A stretch of 64,000 bases of DNA from Macrostomum lignano (taxonomy: Eukaryota), in the NCBI GenBank assembly GCA_002269645.1, contig NIVC01000608.1:186001-250000 (forward strand), given 5' to 3'. How positions within the stretch are numbered: the first letter of the stretch is position 1; every line of letters begins with the position of its first letter. Below, in pieces: positions 52,701-64,000 of the stretch. The position numbers and the translations under genes are program-made. The notes below the pieces were generated by a model, which saw only the letters and a list, made by a program, of their open reading frames with translations, searched no databases and was not told where the DNA came from.

Positions 52701-55677
52701 GGAGTGTGGGATTTTAGTTTAGTTTAGTAGCTACCGGGAGTGTGGGATTTTAGTTTAGTTTAGTAGCTACCGGGAGTGTGGGATTTTAGTTTAGTTTAGT
52801 AGCTAAGTGTGGGATTTTAGTTTAAGTTTAGTAGAGTGTAAGACTGGGATTTAATTCCAGCTTGCTATACACTCTTTTTCCTGTCCAGGTGTGGCACAGC
52901 TACGGAGACGCGGTCGAGAACGATCGCTTGATTGGCACAGCCTCAGTAGACCTGTCGCCGTTGCTATTCGGTTTCAAGCAGGTGTTAGGCTGGTACGATG
53001 TGCAGGATTACCGGGAGCGCTGCCGCGGGCATCTGTACATTGGCATTACACCTCTGGAGCCGCTGACTGGCTTGGCTAAACAATCGACAGCGCCGATATT
53101 GGCTTCTACCGCGTCGACTGGTTCGTTTAACGACGTCGGTCGGCGTCACGCGACAACAGCGCCGATAGGTTCGGCTATCGTTATTGACGACGGAGCAGCG
53201 GCAGCGGCTGACGGAGGAACGTCGCGTTCGATGCTACATCGTAGCCTGCAGCACCAGATGGCCGAGTTGGACAATCTCACTACTAGACTGCGGCGTCGGC
53301 TGTTGAATCCGAACGCTGACAACGGCGACGATGATAGCCATGTTGATGATAGCGGCGGCGCTAGCGTCGGTTCTAACAACTCTGCGCCGCTGGTCAGGTC
53401 GCCGCCTTTGCCTGCTGCTCCGCCGCCTCCGGCTGCTCGAGTTCAGGCGAGCGTCACTAACAGCGGCGGAGATGGCGGCAACAGTAGCAGCAATCCGTAC
53501 GGACTGGATTTCGATATCCGTTCGGTAAGTTTTATTACTTTGTGGAAAGTAGTTGTGTGGAGGTATAAAGCAAAGACTACTCCAGTAGGACGGAAAACCT
53601 TGTTTCTTGGAAAGTTTTACGAGCTAGGTTTTCGAAACGAAAAGCTTTATGAATATCGATAGAGCTATAAGAAAGGCACAACATATCAAAGGATAAACAT
53701 TGGGTCTGCTTCCTATCGAAAGTAATAATAATTTTTGTGCTGAAAAAATGAAAACTTTCAATCTTCGCAGTGTATTTTTTTCGAGAAAACCAGCTTGCTA
53801 CAATTTTTCAAGAAATGAGGTTTCCCATCCCTCTACTTAAGTAGTCCTTGGTATAAAGTTGATTGATTAATGTAGCTGTACATCCTACTACAACTACTAT
53901 AACTACTACTACTACTACTGCTACTGCTACTACTACTACTACTACTGCTACTGCTACTACTACTACTACTACTGCTACTGCTACTACTACTACTACTACT
54001 ACTAATAACAGTATATCTATACTTTCCAGGTGCTGGATCAGGCCAGGAAGCTATTAGAATCGCCAGAACAAGAAGTTACTGAAGCAACATCTAGCGGCGG
54101 TTTCGCCAGTCAGCAACAGCAGCAGCAGAATCAGCAGCGAGCCGGCAGAGATCAAAGCCATCGTTCTACAGTAGAGAAATCTGCCAGCTCTACTGGCAAA
54201 GATTTGTCAGGCGCCGCCTACGACTACGACTACGATTTTGACGACGACGAAGATGGCGAAGGCGAAGGCTTGGTGCCGGTGAAGCCGTTGAACGACATCT
54301 CCGGTATGCTGGCGGCGATGCAACCGCACGTTGGCAAGAGTCCAACTGCCGAGGAAGAGGAACGGGAAGGTTCGCCGGTAGATCGGGATCGCGATGATGA
54401 TGCTGAGAATGATGATGAAGACGACGAAGGAGGTCGAACTCCGGTGAACTCGAAAACAACAGACGATGGCGAGGACGAAGAAGTGAGCGAGATTATTGAT
54501 GAATTGCCGCCAGCTGAGAACAACGAAGCTGAGTATGACGATGACCAGCGAACTGATTCGATTGTCCGCGCCAACGAGACCCCTTCTCAGTTGGATGAGA
54601 ATGAGTCTGAAGCTGAGGATGATGATGAAGACGCAGTTTCGGCATCGCCTCCGCCAGTGGCCAGCGTGCCGCAGTCGGCTAGAAGCGAGAATCTGGCCGC
54701 CAGGCGGGCAGTGGACATCCGTCTGGGCCAGCAGACTGTTGATCTGGAGGCCGGTGAGCCGCCTCTGTCTAATAGCGCCGACTGCCTATTGCCGAGCTTC
54801 TTCGGACCGCCTAGCGATCTGCTGTCTAGACTGCGCCACTCCAGGATGGTCGCCGAGAATGCCGGGGTGAGCTTGGGCCCCTGTCACAGATAGAGTCAGT
54901 GCTGTCTTGGCCACTGTCACATATAGAGTCAGTGCTGTCTTTGTCACTGTCACAGATAGAGTCAGTGCTGTCTTTGTCACTGTCACAGATAGAGTCATTG
55001 CTGTCTTGGCCACTGTCACATATAGAGTCAGTGCTGTCTTGGTCACTGTCACAGATAGAGTCAGTGCTGTCTTGGTCACTGTCACAGATAGAGTCATTGC
55101 TGTCTTGGCCACTGTCACATATAGAGTCAGTGCTGTGTTGGTCACTGTCACAGATAGAGTCAGTGCTGTCTTGGCCACTGTCACATATAGAGTCAGTGCT
55201 GTCTTGGTCACTGTCACAGATAGAGTCAGTGCTGTCTTGGTCACTGTCACAGATAGAGTCAGTGCTGTCTTGGTCACTGTCACAGATAGAGTCATTGCTG
55301 TCTTGGCCACTGTCACATATAGAGTCAGTGCTGTCTTGGCCACTGTCACATATAGAGTCAGTGCTGTCTTTGTCACTGTCACAGATAGAGTCAGTGCTGT
55401 CTTGGTCGCTATCTTAGTTATTTACCTTAGTAACGAGCAGCCATTCTCCCAATCATCCCCACTGCAGCACGAGGCAGCTGCCTCCGCAGCCGCAGCCGCC
55501 GGTCCAACAGTTGACCCGGCAAAAGTTGCCGAAGCCCGTCAGCTGGTGGAACGAGTCGAACAGCGTCGACGAAACCGGCTGTTTCAGGTGGCGGAGGCTG
55601 CGGCTGTTGATGATGCGGAACGGGCAGCTTCCACCAGCCGGTTGGCCAGGGTGTTCAATGCCAAATTCGCTCACTAA
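42766..55677 (+). CDS. C2CD3: C2 domain-containing protein 3 (centriole distal-end and ciliogenesis factor)
   Basis: Exons 42766-44421, 45647-46591, 46853-47616, 48074-48683, 49405-50151, 50478-50621, 52889-53524, 54030-54866 and 55468 (or 55441)-55677; all junctions GT-AG and in phase; ~2180 aa. Motifs [14 protein letters not shown]...[12 protein letters not shown]...[21 protein letters not shown] and [15 protein letters not shown]...GWY match vertebrate C2CD3 as recalled. Confidence 0.92.
44438..45570. repeat. (ACTG)n/(ACTC) array, C2CD3 intron 1
   Basis: Visible directly. Confidence 0.97.
46629..46843. repeat. (ATCT)n array, C2CD3 intron 2
   Basis: Visible directly; gives the IYLS tract inside the 45710-47650 ORF. 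Confidence 0.96.
47715..47985. repeat. Degenerate 20-21-bp repeat (TGTAGAATCGCATTTCTACC), C2CD3 intron 3
   Basis: Visible directly. Confidence 0.85.
48750..49205. repeat. ~41-bp repeat (CATCAAGTGTAGTTAGTTGCTAGGGCCTGAGGCTGATGGGG), C2CD3 intron 4
   Basis: Visible directly, ~11 copies. Confidence 0.93.
50210..50345. repeat. 22-bp repeat (CTCGAACTTGCCGAGAATCTCT), C2CD3 intron 5
   Basis: Visible directly. Confidence 0.9.
50680..52820. repeat. 36-bp minisatellite (AGCTACCGGGAGTGTGGGATTTTAGTTTAGTTTAGT), ~59 copies, C2CD3 intron 6
   Basis: Visible directly. Confidence 0.97.
53571..53850. mobile_element. 280-bp hAT MITE, C2CD3 intron 7
   Basis: 8-bp TSD GTATAAAG at 53563-53570 and 53851-53858. Imperfect TIRs CAA(A/G)GACTACT..AGTAG. 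Confidence 0.85.
53886..54003. repeat. (ACT/GCT)n trinucleotide array
   Basis: Visible directly. Confidence 0.95.
54880..55408. repeat. 33-bp repeat (CACTGTCACAGATAGAGTCAGTGCTGTCTTGGT), ~16 copies, last C2CD3 intron
   Basis: Visible directly. Confidence 0.96.
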
Positions 55678-56364
55678 TGATGAAAATGGTTCATGCTGTA
55701 ATCGTTTATTGAATTATGTATCACCGTTCTGTGCAGATGTTTTAAACCATACATTTATTGCTGTTAGAGATTTTTCCGTCCTTTATTATAAATCATTTCA
55801 TTCACTGTACCCGTATCACTGTCGTTTTGTTTAATGATTCTTGTAAAATATTGTTTTACAAGTAAGCACATATAGCTTAGTAGGTTTATAATCATATATG
55901 GTAATAATGTATGTCCTGGTGGCAACAAATGTACATGCGGAATTATTGCTCATTGTTTTATATTGACTTATGTCTGACTCAACATTCGATAAATATAAAA
56001 AATGATTACAATTTTTTCCACTTTGCGCTCTTCCGCACTCGCGTGTTTCTACTTACAGTAAGTAGTGTGTATAGAGTAATGAAACCTTTCTCTAATGTAT
56101 TTTTGTAGCTCTACGCTATTTTTTCTAATTATCTTTGCCAAGCAGGTCTGCATTAAATTCTCTTTTTTCTTATCTTATTTTATAGCTTATATAAGCTTAG
56201 TTAACAGGCATATAAAATTTTCTTTTTACTGTATTTACTTAACGAGAGCCCTGTGTAGTCGGCTGGAACCGCACTACTGTTGAGTTTGTCAACTTGTGTA
56301 CAACTGTTTTTTTGTGACAAGAAGCAGTATTTGGCCAATCCGACCACACTTTGTTCACTCTGAC

Positions 56365-57185
56365 CCCATCTCACCAGATCCCTCCTGACTCATTCCTATC
56401 TGACCAGATCCCATCTGACTCATTCCTATCTGATCAGATCCCTCCTGACTCATTCCTATCTGACCAGATCCCATCTGACTCATTCCTATCTGATCAGATC
56501 CCTCCTGACTCATTCCTATCTGACCTGATCCCTCCTGACTCATTCCTATCTGACCTGATCCCTCCTGACTCATTCCTATCTGACCTGATCCCTCCTGACT
56601 CATTCCTATCTGACCAGATCCCACCTGACTGATTCCTATCTGACCAGATCCCTCCTGACTCATTCCTATCTGACTTGATCCCTCCTGACTGATTCCTATC
56701 TGTCCAGATCCCTCCTGACTCATTCCTATCTGACTTGATCCCTCCTGACTCATTCCTATCTGACCAGATCCCATCTCCTATCTGACCAGATCCCACCTGA
56801 CTGATTCCTATCTGACCAGATCCCTCCTGACTCATTCCTATCTGACCAGATCCCATCTGACTCATTCCTATCTGAACAGATCCCATCTGACTCATTCCTA
56901 TCTGATCAGATCCCTCCTGACTCATTCCTATCTGACCAGATCCCATCTGACTCAATTCTATGTGACCAGATCCCTTCTGACTTATTTCTTTCTGATCAGA
57001 TCCCACATGACTCATTCCTGACTAATCTCTCTTGACTCGTTCCTATCTGACCAGATCCCTCCTGACTCATTCCTATCTGACCAGATCCCATCTAACTCAT
57101 TCCTATATGACCAAATCCCTCCTGACTCATTCCTGTCTTACTAGATCCTTCTTGACCCATTCCCATCTGATCAGATCCCATTTGA
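56365..57185. repeat. 30-bp minisatellite (TGACCAGATCCCTCCTGACTCATTCCTATC), ~27 copies
   Basis: Visible directly. Confidence 0.95.
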
Positions 57186-57594
57186 CCTACTCGTACTACC
57201 CCAGGTACATGATGCCATTGTTCTGTGCTATTTTTATGAATATCTGAAACGGTACATCAGTAAGTTACGAGTATACCATATTCTGCTTTAGCATAACTAG
57301 AAATGCCCGTCCAACGCACAGGAGGCTTAGTGGAGCTGCGCATTCTTAAAAATCTCCTTATTTATTATTTTTCCATTTTTCTGATTTTATAATTTTTCTG
57401 TCCATGTCAAGTGTAATAGCAAGTAAAACATTAATAAGGAGCTGGCTGCCGCGGGCTGTGTGGTCCTGTCACTGGGCACACAAATTGACTAATTTTTTTT
57501 TTCTGTTGCTTGCTGCCCTCGGTTAATCTTTTAGGATTTTTATAATTTAAAATCAAATCAGAGAAAATCTGTCTGTGTTTTATTGTCTTTGTTC

Positions 57595-59205
57595 ACTCGG
57601 ACAGGCTGTTCCCCATCTTAATTCCCCTGTGATGAGTATCCCTACTCGGACAGGCTGTTCCCCATCTTAATTCCCCTGTGATAAGTATCCCTACTCGGAC
57701 AGGCTGTTACCCACCTTAATTCCCCTGTGATGAGTATCCCTACCCGGACAGGCTGTTCCCCATCTTAATTCCCCTGTGATGAGTATCCCTACTCGGACAG
57801 GCTGTTCCCCATCTTAATTCCCCTGTGATGAGTATCCCTACTCGGACAGGCTGTTCCCCATCTTAATTCCCCTGTGATGAGTATCCCTACTCGGACAGGC
57901 TGTTCCCCATCTTAATTCCCCTGTGATGAGTATCCCTACTCGGACAGGCTGTTCCCCATCTTAATTCCCCTGTGATGAGTATCCCTACTCGGACAGGCTG
58001 TTCCCCATCTTAATTCCCCTGTGATGAGAGTATTCCTACTCGGACAGGCTGTTCCCCACCTTAATTCCCCTGTGATGTGAGTATCCCTACTCGGACAGGC
58101 TGTTCCCCACCTTAATTCCCCTGTGATGAGAGTATTCCTACTCGCACAGGCTGTTCCCCATCTTAATTCCCCTGTGATGTGAGTATCCCTACTCGGACAG
58201 GCTGTTCCCCATCTTAATTCCCCTGTGATGAGAGTATTCCTACTCGGACAGGCTGTTCCCCACCTTAATTCCCCTGTGATGTGAGTATCCCTACTCGGAC
58301 AGGCTGTTCCCCATCTTAATTCCCCTGTGATGAGAGTATTCCTACTCGGACAGGCTGTTCCCCACCTTAATTCCCCTGTGATGTGAGTATCCCTACCCGG
58401 ACAGGCTGTTACCCACCTTAATTTCCCTGTGATGTGAGTATCCCTACCCGGACAGGCTGTTACCCACCTTAATTTCCCTGTGATGTGATTATCCCTACTC
58501 GGACAGGCTGTTCCCCATCTTAATTCCCCTGTGATGAGAGTATCTCTACTCGGACAGGCTGTTACCCACCTTAATTTCCCTGTGATGTGAGTATCCCTAC
58601 TCGGACAGGCTGTTCCCCATCTTAATTCCCCTGTGATGAGAGTATTCCTACTCGGACAGGCTGTTCCCCACCTTAATTCCCCTGTGATGTGAGTATCCCT
58701 ACTCGGACAGGCTGTTCCCATCTTAATTCCCCTGTGATGAGAGTATTCCTACTCGGACAGGCTGTTCCCCACCTTAATTCCCCTGTGATGTGAGTATCCC
58801 TACCGGACAGGCTGTTACCCACCTTAATTTCCCTGTGATGTGAGTATCCCTACCCGGACAGGCTGTTACCCATCTTAATTCCCCTGTGATGAGAGTATTC
58901 CTACTCGGACAGGCTGTTCCCACCTTAATTCCCCTGTGATGTGAGTATCCCTACCCGGACAGGCTGTTATCCACCTTAATTTCCCTGTGATGTGAGTATC
59001 CCTACCCGGACAGGCTGTTACCCACCTTAATTTCCCTGTGATGTGAGTATCCCTACTCGGACAGGCTGTTCCCCACTTAATTCCCCTGTGATGTGAGTAT
59101 CCCTACTCGGACAGGCTGTTACCCCCTGTGATGAGAGTATCCTACTAAGGCTTTCCCTGTGATGTGAGTATCCCTACTCGAACAGGCTGTTCCCCATCTT
59201 AATTC
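57595..59205. repeat. 49/51-bp minisatellite (ACTCGGACAGGCTGTTCCCCATCTTAATTCCCCTGTGATG[AG/TG]AGTATCCCT)
   Basis: Visible directly, about 32 copies; the unit lengthens from 49 to 51 bp after ~58020. Confidence 0.96.
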
Positions 59206-59440
59206 ATTATTCTTATGGGTATTAGAAATCTATGCTCGTAATTTCTTTATGTTTGTTCTCTAGGAGTGGTGGGATTTTGGAGATCCCAATTCACAGGGAT
59301 TTTAAGTATCCATATTTAATTAGGCTCTAAATGCGTCAATAAAATTTGCACATCTGCCCCCCCCCCCTTTTCAGCTGCAAGAATTTGGCAAGCCAACGCA
59401 GATAAGCTCGAATTAGTTTTAGTAGATTATATCAAATATA

Positions 59441-62219
59441 ATGGCACTCACAGCCAGCGCTATAAGGCAGTACACCTACAGCAGACTGGCCGACATAACA
59501 GTGGAGAGGAACTGCCTGAACGTCATCGCCGTAGTGTCGGACATTGTCCGGCCGCAGCGTCTGTCTCGCGGCTCGCATCGCGACGCCCTGATATTGGTGG
59601 CGCTGGCTGACGAGTCGTGCGACCGGCTTCTCACCACAGTGTTCGCGTCATCGCCAGACAAGTTGCCGAAATTTGTTCCCGGCTGCATTGTGATCGGGCA
59701 TCGGCTGAAATCTGAAGTGTTTAACGGTGAGATGCGTCTTGCTGTGGTGCCAAGAATTGGCGGCACCTTGTACGTATTGCCCGCGTCTAGCGACACGGAG
59801 ACTGGCAACAATCTTGATGAGGATAGCGATGAGCAGCTGGCCAAGTCTATTATGTCGGATAGGAGACAGTTTCCCCAGACTGCCGGCATCACGGATGTGG
59901 ATCTGGCTCGCGTTAGGGTGAGTGGATTTATACCTGTGTGTGTCGCTAAGGGAATGTCGGGCCTGTGTGTGTCGCCAAGGGAATGTCGCATCTGTGTGTG
60001 TCGATAAGGGAATGCCGGACCTGCGTGTGTCGCTAAGGGAATGTCGCACCTGTGTGTGTTGCTAAGGGAATGTCAGACCTGTGTGTGTCGCTAAGGGAAT
60101 GTCGGACCTGCGTGTGTCGCTAAGGGAATGTCGGACCTGCGTGTGTCGCTAAGGGAATGTCGGACCTGCGTGTGTCGCTAAGGGAATGTCGGACCTGTGT
60201 GTCGCTAAGGGAATGTCGGACCTGTGTGTGTCGGAGGTAAGGGAGTGTAAGTGAATGCCTCTGTTAAGACTAATCCCAATTGTTAAACACCCAAATCCCA
60301 GGAGCTGCGCCGCTGGTTTCGCAATTACCAAGCAGCTCCATCTGGCCAGCGGCCTCAATCCGCCGCATCGAGCAGCGGCGCCTCCTCCTCCTCCTCCTGC
60401 CCGCGAATCCAGCTGTCTGAGCTGTCGAAACTCCGTCTTCAATCCGGCGGCAGTCGCAAGTTTGTCGACCTAGTCGCCCAAATTGTTGGCATCGGTCGGC
60501 TTGACGATACCTGCACCGTAGCGCGCGTCTGGGACGGCAGCGAAGTGTCCGCTGAGACCTTCCGGCCGGATCCTGCAGTGACTAACATAGAGATTGCTAC
60601 CTGGCCCGAGCTGCCAGCTGACTGGCTAGCTGACAGGTACAGTGTCGACATATTCGTTTACGACGAGCACCAGGAGCCGTTGCTAACCAGCGTGCAGCTT
60701 GGCGACTTAGTGGAATTCGGCAACCTATCTGTGAAGCTGTTCAGAACCTCTGACTCCTCTAACAATGGCCTAGGCAACTGGCGCGAGCACCTGCTGTTGA
60801 CTCTCAACGGTGGCGGTCGGAATTACAATCGGAGACTGTGCACATTGGATCCGACATTCTGCAGCTTAGCCGCCAAGACTCATAAACAGTTGATGTTTGT
60901 GCGCAGCAGCTGGCTGCCAAAGAAACCACAGCCGCCGACTTCAGAGGCGGGTGGCGCCGCTGCAATCGATGCTGCAACAACTACCGTGGCAACGACTACT
61001 GCGCTTGTGACTAAGGCGGACGAGCGATTTGATGATGTTGAACGAATTGGCCTAGCCGAGCTGATCAAGTAGGTTTTCTTGGGGGCTTACCTGAGTCCTC
61101 AATAATCCTTAATTCCCTGTCTCTTCTCTAATCCTCAGCTTCCTATCTTCAGTAATGCCTAATTTACAAATTTCAACTCTGCTCATTTAAACCCCAACTC
61201 TCTACTCACTTCCTCACGAATATCAACTCTCTACTCCCTAATCCCAACTCTCTGCACACTAATCCCCACTCTCTCCACACTAATCCCAACTCTCTACTCA
61301 CTAATCCCAACTCTCTACTCACTAATACCAACTCTACTCCCTAATCCCAACTCTACTCACTAATCCCAACTCTACTCCCTAATCCCAACTCTCTACTCAC
61401 TAATCTCAACTCTACTCACTAATCCCAACTCTCTACTCACTAATCCCAACTCTACTCACTAATCCCAACTCTCTACTCACTAATCCCAACTCTCTGCTCA
61501 CTAATCCCAACTCTCTGCACACTAATCCTCAATCCCCGAAAGATATCCTATTTTATTTCCATACCTTCACACCTGATTCCTCCTCCCCCCCCAGCTCGGC
61601 CAGCCAGTCGGATGCCGGGCGCAAGGTGGTTCGCGCCACCCTGATCCGCCTGCTGCCAACCACAGCCGATCGTTTAGTGTGGCTGCTGTGCCCCAACTGC
61701 CCGGACAGGGCTTGGGGACCGGAGGAGTTCTCTCTAGACGACAGCGAACACTTCGACAACAGCCAGCATCCGCCGAACGTCGATTTAGACGCCGATAATC
61801 GACGTCAATGTCGGAGATGTCGACGTAATGGCAGCGACGGCGAATCTCGTTTAAGCGCCTCGCTGTGCCTCTGCCTGCACCTGACTGACCCTGAGGCCGA
61901 GCTGCTCGCGTTCGTTTGGGACGCCGAAGTGTTGCGCTTGCTAGCCGGTTGCTATGACAACCAAGAAGATTATAATAGTAGCAATATTAATGCGGAGCGG
62001 CTAGGTCAGGACGCCGATTTGAGGCGTCGAGTTTTTGGTCGATTGCGCGACCGCCTACCGACCGGGGCCAGGGTTGAACTGTCCCTACTGCACTATCGGG
62101 CCGCCAATGGTACTCTGGTGTTCTCCGTCTGCGACACAAGTCTGCTGCCTGAGTCTGCGGTTGCCGCCTGCACAGCTGCTGATCAGAGTACTTACTCTAG
62201 CGTTGATGAAGATGATTAA
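59441..62219 (+). CDS. POT1: Protection of telomeres 1 (OB1, OB2, Zn-binding C-terminal OB fold), 622 aa
   Basis: Exons 59441-59917, 60302-61068 and 61595-62219, in phase. OB1: YTYSRL...LNVIAVV...IVIGHRLK. Junction DLARVR|ELRRW. OB2: FVDLVAQI...VWDGS...SVDIFVYDEH...LNGGGRNYNR. C-terminus: VRATL...LLCPNC...CRRC...LTDPEAELLAFVWD. Confidence 0.92.
59930..60235. repeat. ~29-bp repeat (GTGTGTCGCTAAGGGAATGTCGGACCTGC), POT1 intron 1
   Basis: Visible directly. Confidence 0.94.
61190..61530. repeat. 19-21-bp repeat (ACTAATCCCAACTCTCTACTC), POT1 intron 2
   Basis: Visible directly; includes CCCTAA at 61236, 61339 and 61377. Confidence 0.9.
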
Positions 62220-62489
62220 ACTTTGCCTGTCATATTTTCAGCTTTTAATAATCTCCGATGCATTATGCACAATTTTAAAAGTTTAAAAACAAATTTATGC
62301 ATTTTTGTGTTGGCGTTTAATGGTGCTGTATTATAATAACTATTGCAATTTAATAAAGTACATGCTTTTTAATACGAGAAAGGTCAACGTGTTTTGATTT
62401 TGATGTTTGACTTGATTTTCATATCATTTCTACGCTAATTTGGGTTATTTTATCTATGCATGCATAGTAATAGGGTTTGTAGGCTTCTG

Positions 62490-64000
62490 AGGATCTGGAA
62501 GGCTGGCCCAGCAACTGAGGATCTGGGAGGGCGGCCCAGCAACTGAGGATCTGGGAGGGAGGCCCAGTAACTGAGGATCTGAGAGGGAGGCCCAGTAACT
62601 GAGTATCTGAGAGGGAGGCCCAGTAACTGAGTATCTGAGAGGGAGGCCCAGCAACTGAGGATCTGGGAGGCTGACCCAGAAACTGAGGATCTGGGAGGCT
62701 GGCCCAGCAACTGATGATCTGGGAGGCTGGCCCAGAAACTGAGGATCTGGGAGGGTGGCCCAGCAAGTGAGGATCTGGGAGGGAGGCCCAGCAACTGAGG
62801 ATCTGGGAGGGAGGCCCAGCAAGTGAGGATCTGAGTAACTGAGGATCTGGGAGGGCGGCCCAGCAACTGAGAATCTGGGAGGGCGGCCCAGCAACTGAGG
62901 ATCTGGGAGGCTGGCCCAGCAACTGAGGATCTGGGAGGGCGGCCCAGCAACTGAGGATCTGGGAGGGCGGCCCAGCAACTGATGATCTGGGAGGGCGGCC
63001 CAGCAACTGAGAATCTGGGAGGGCGGCCCAGCAACTGAGAATCTGGGAGGGAGGCCCAGCAAGTGAGGATCTGAGTAACTGAGGATCTGGGAGGGCGGCC
63101 CAGCAACTGAGAATCTGGGAGGGCGGCCCAGCAACTGAGGATCTGGGAGGCTGGCCCAGCAACTGAGGATCTGGGAGGGCGGCCCAGCAACTGAGGATCT
63201 GGGAGGGCGGCCCAGCAACTGATGATCTGGGAGGGCGGCCCAGCAACTGAGAATCTGGGAGGGCGGCCCAGCAACTGAGAATCTGGGAGGGAGGCCCAGC
63301 AAGTGAGGATCTGAGTAACTGAGGATCTGGGAGGGCGGCCCAGCAACTGAGAATCTGGGAGGGCGGCCCAGCAACTGAGGATCTGGGAGGCTGGCCCAGC
63401 AACTGAGGATCTGGGAGGGCGGCCCAGCAACTGAGGATCTGGGAGGGCGGCCCAGCAACTGATGATCTGGGAGGGCGGCCCAGCAACTGAGAATCTGGGA
63501 GGGCGGCCCAGCAACTGAGAATCTGGGAGGGCGGCCCAGCAACTGAGAATCTGGGAGGGCGGCCCAGCAACTGAGAATCTGGGAGGGCGGCCCAGCAACT
63601 GAGGATCTGGGAGGCTGGCCCAGCAACTGAGGATCTGGGAGGCTGGCCCAGCAACTGAGAATCTGGGAGGCTGGCCCAGCAACTGAAAATCTGGGAGGGC
63701 GGCCCAGCAACTGAGGATCTGGGAGGGAGGCCCAGCAACTGAGGATCTGGGAGGGAGGCCCAGCAACTGAGAATCTGGGAGGGCGGCCCAGCAACTGAGG
63801 ATCTGGGAGGGAGGCCCAGCAACTGAGAATCTGGGAGGGCGGCCCAGCAACTGAGGATCTGGGAGGGAGGCCCAGCAACTGAGGATCTGGGAGGGAGGCC
63901 CAGCAACTGAGGATCTGGGAGGGAGGCCCAGCAACTGAGTATCTGAGAGGGAGGCCCAGCAACTGAGGATCTGGGAGGCTGGCCCAGCAGCTGAGGATCT
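62490..64000. repeat. 28-bp minisatellite (GGCCCAGCAACTGAGGATCTGGGAGGGC), runs off the window
   Basis: Visible directly; source of the three ~500-aa ORFs. Confidence 0.97.

Overview
Eukaryotic animal DNA: GC-rich exons, GT-AG introns, and AT-rich introns packed with simple and minisatellite arrays. The style suggests a free-living flatworm such as Macrostomum (inference only). Genes reconstructed by hand with phase-consistent junctions: a PLAT/LH2-domain protein (708-2573) and a shorter tandem paralog lacking PLAT (4253-4924); an unnamed multi-exon + strand gene (about 7540-22653); a single-exon secreted cationic antimicrobial-peptide-like precursor (23723-23472, -); a class C mGluR-like GPCR (31354-25342, -); C2CD3 (42766-55677, +); and POT1 (59441-62219, +). 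The last intron of the unnamed gene holds a full-length LOA-type non-LTR retrotransposon (APE-RT-RNase H), flanked by an unusual ~0.5 kb direct repeat and interrupted by a hAT MITE. Three further MITEs with clean TSDs, one MITE fragment and more than 20 tandem arrays are present. Most long ORFs in the supplied track are translations of repeats. No rRNA, tRNA or CRISPR was seen. The best novelty candidates are the AMP-like precursor, the LINE's long flanking duplication, a POT1 apparently lacking the HJRL insert, the shared orphan N-terminal module of the tandem pair, and a 1.6 kb block with no CpG.
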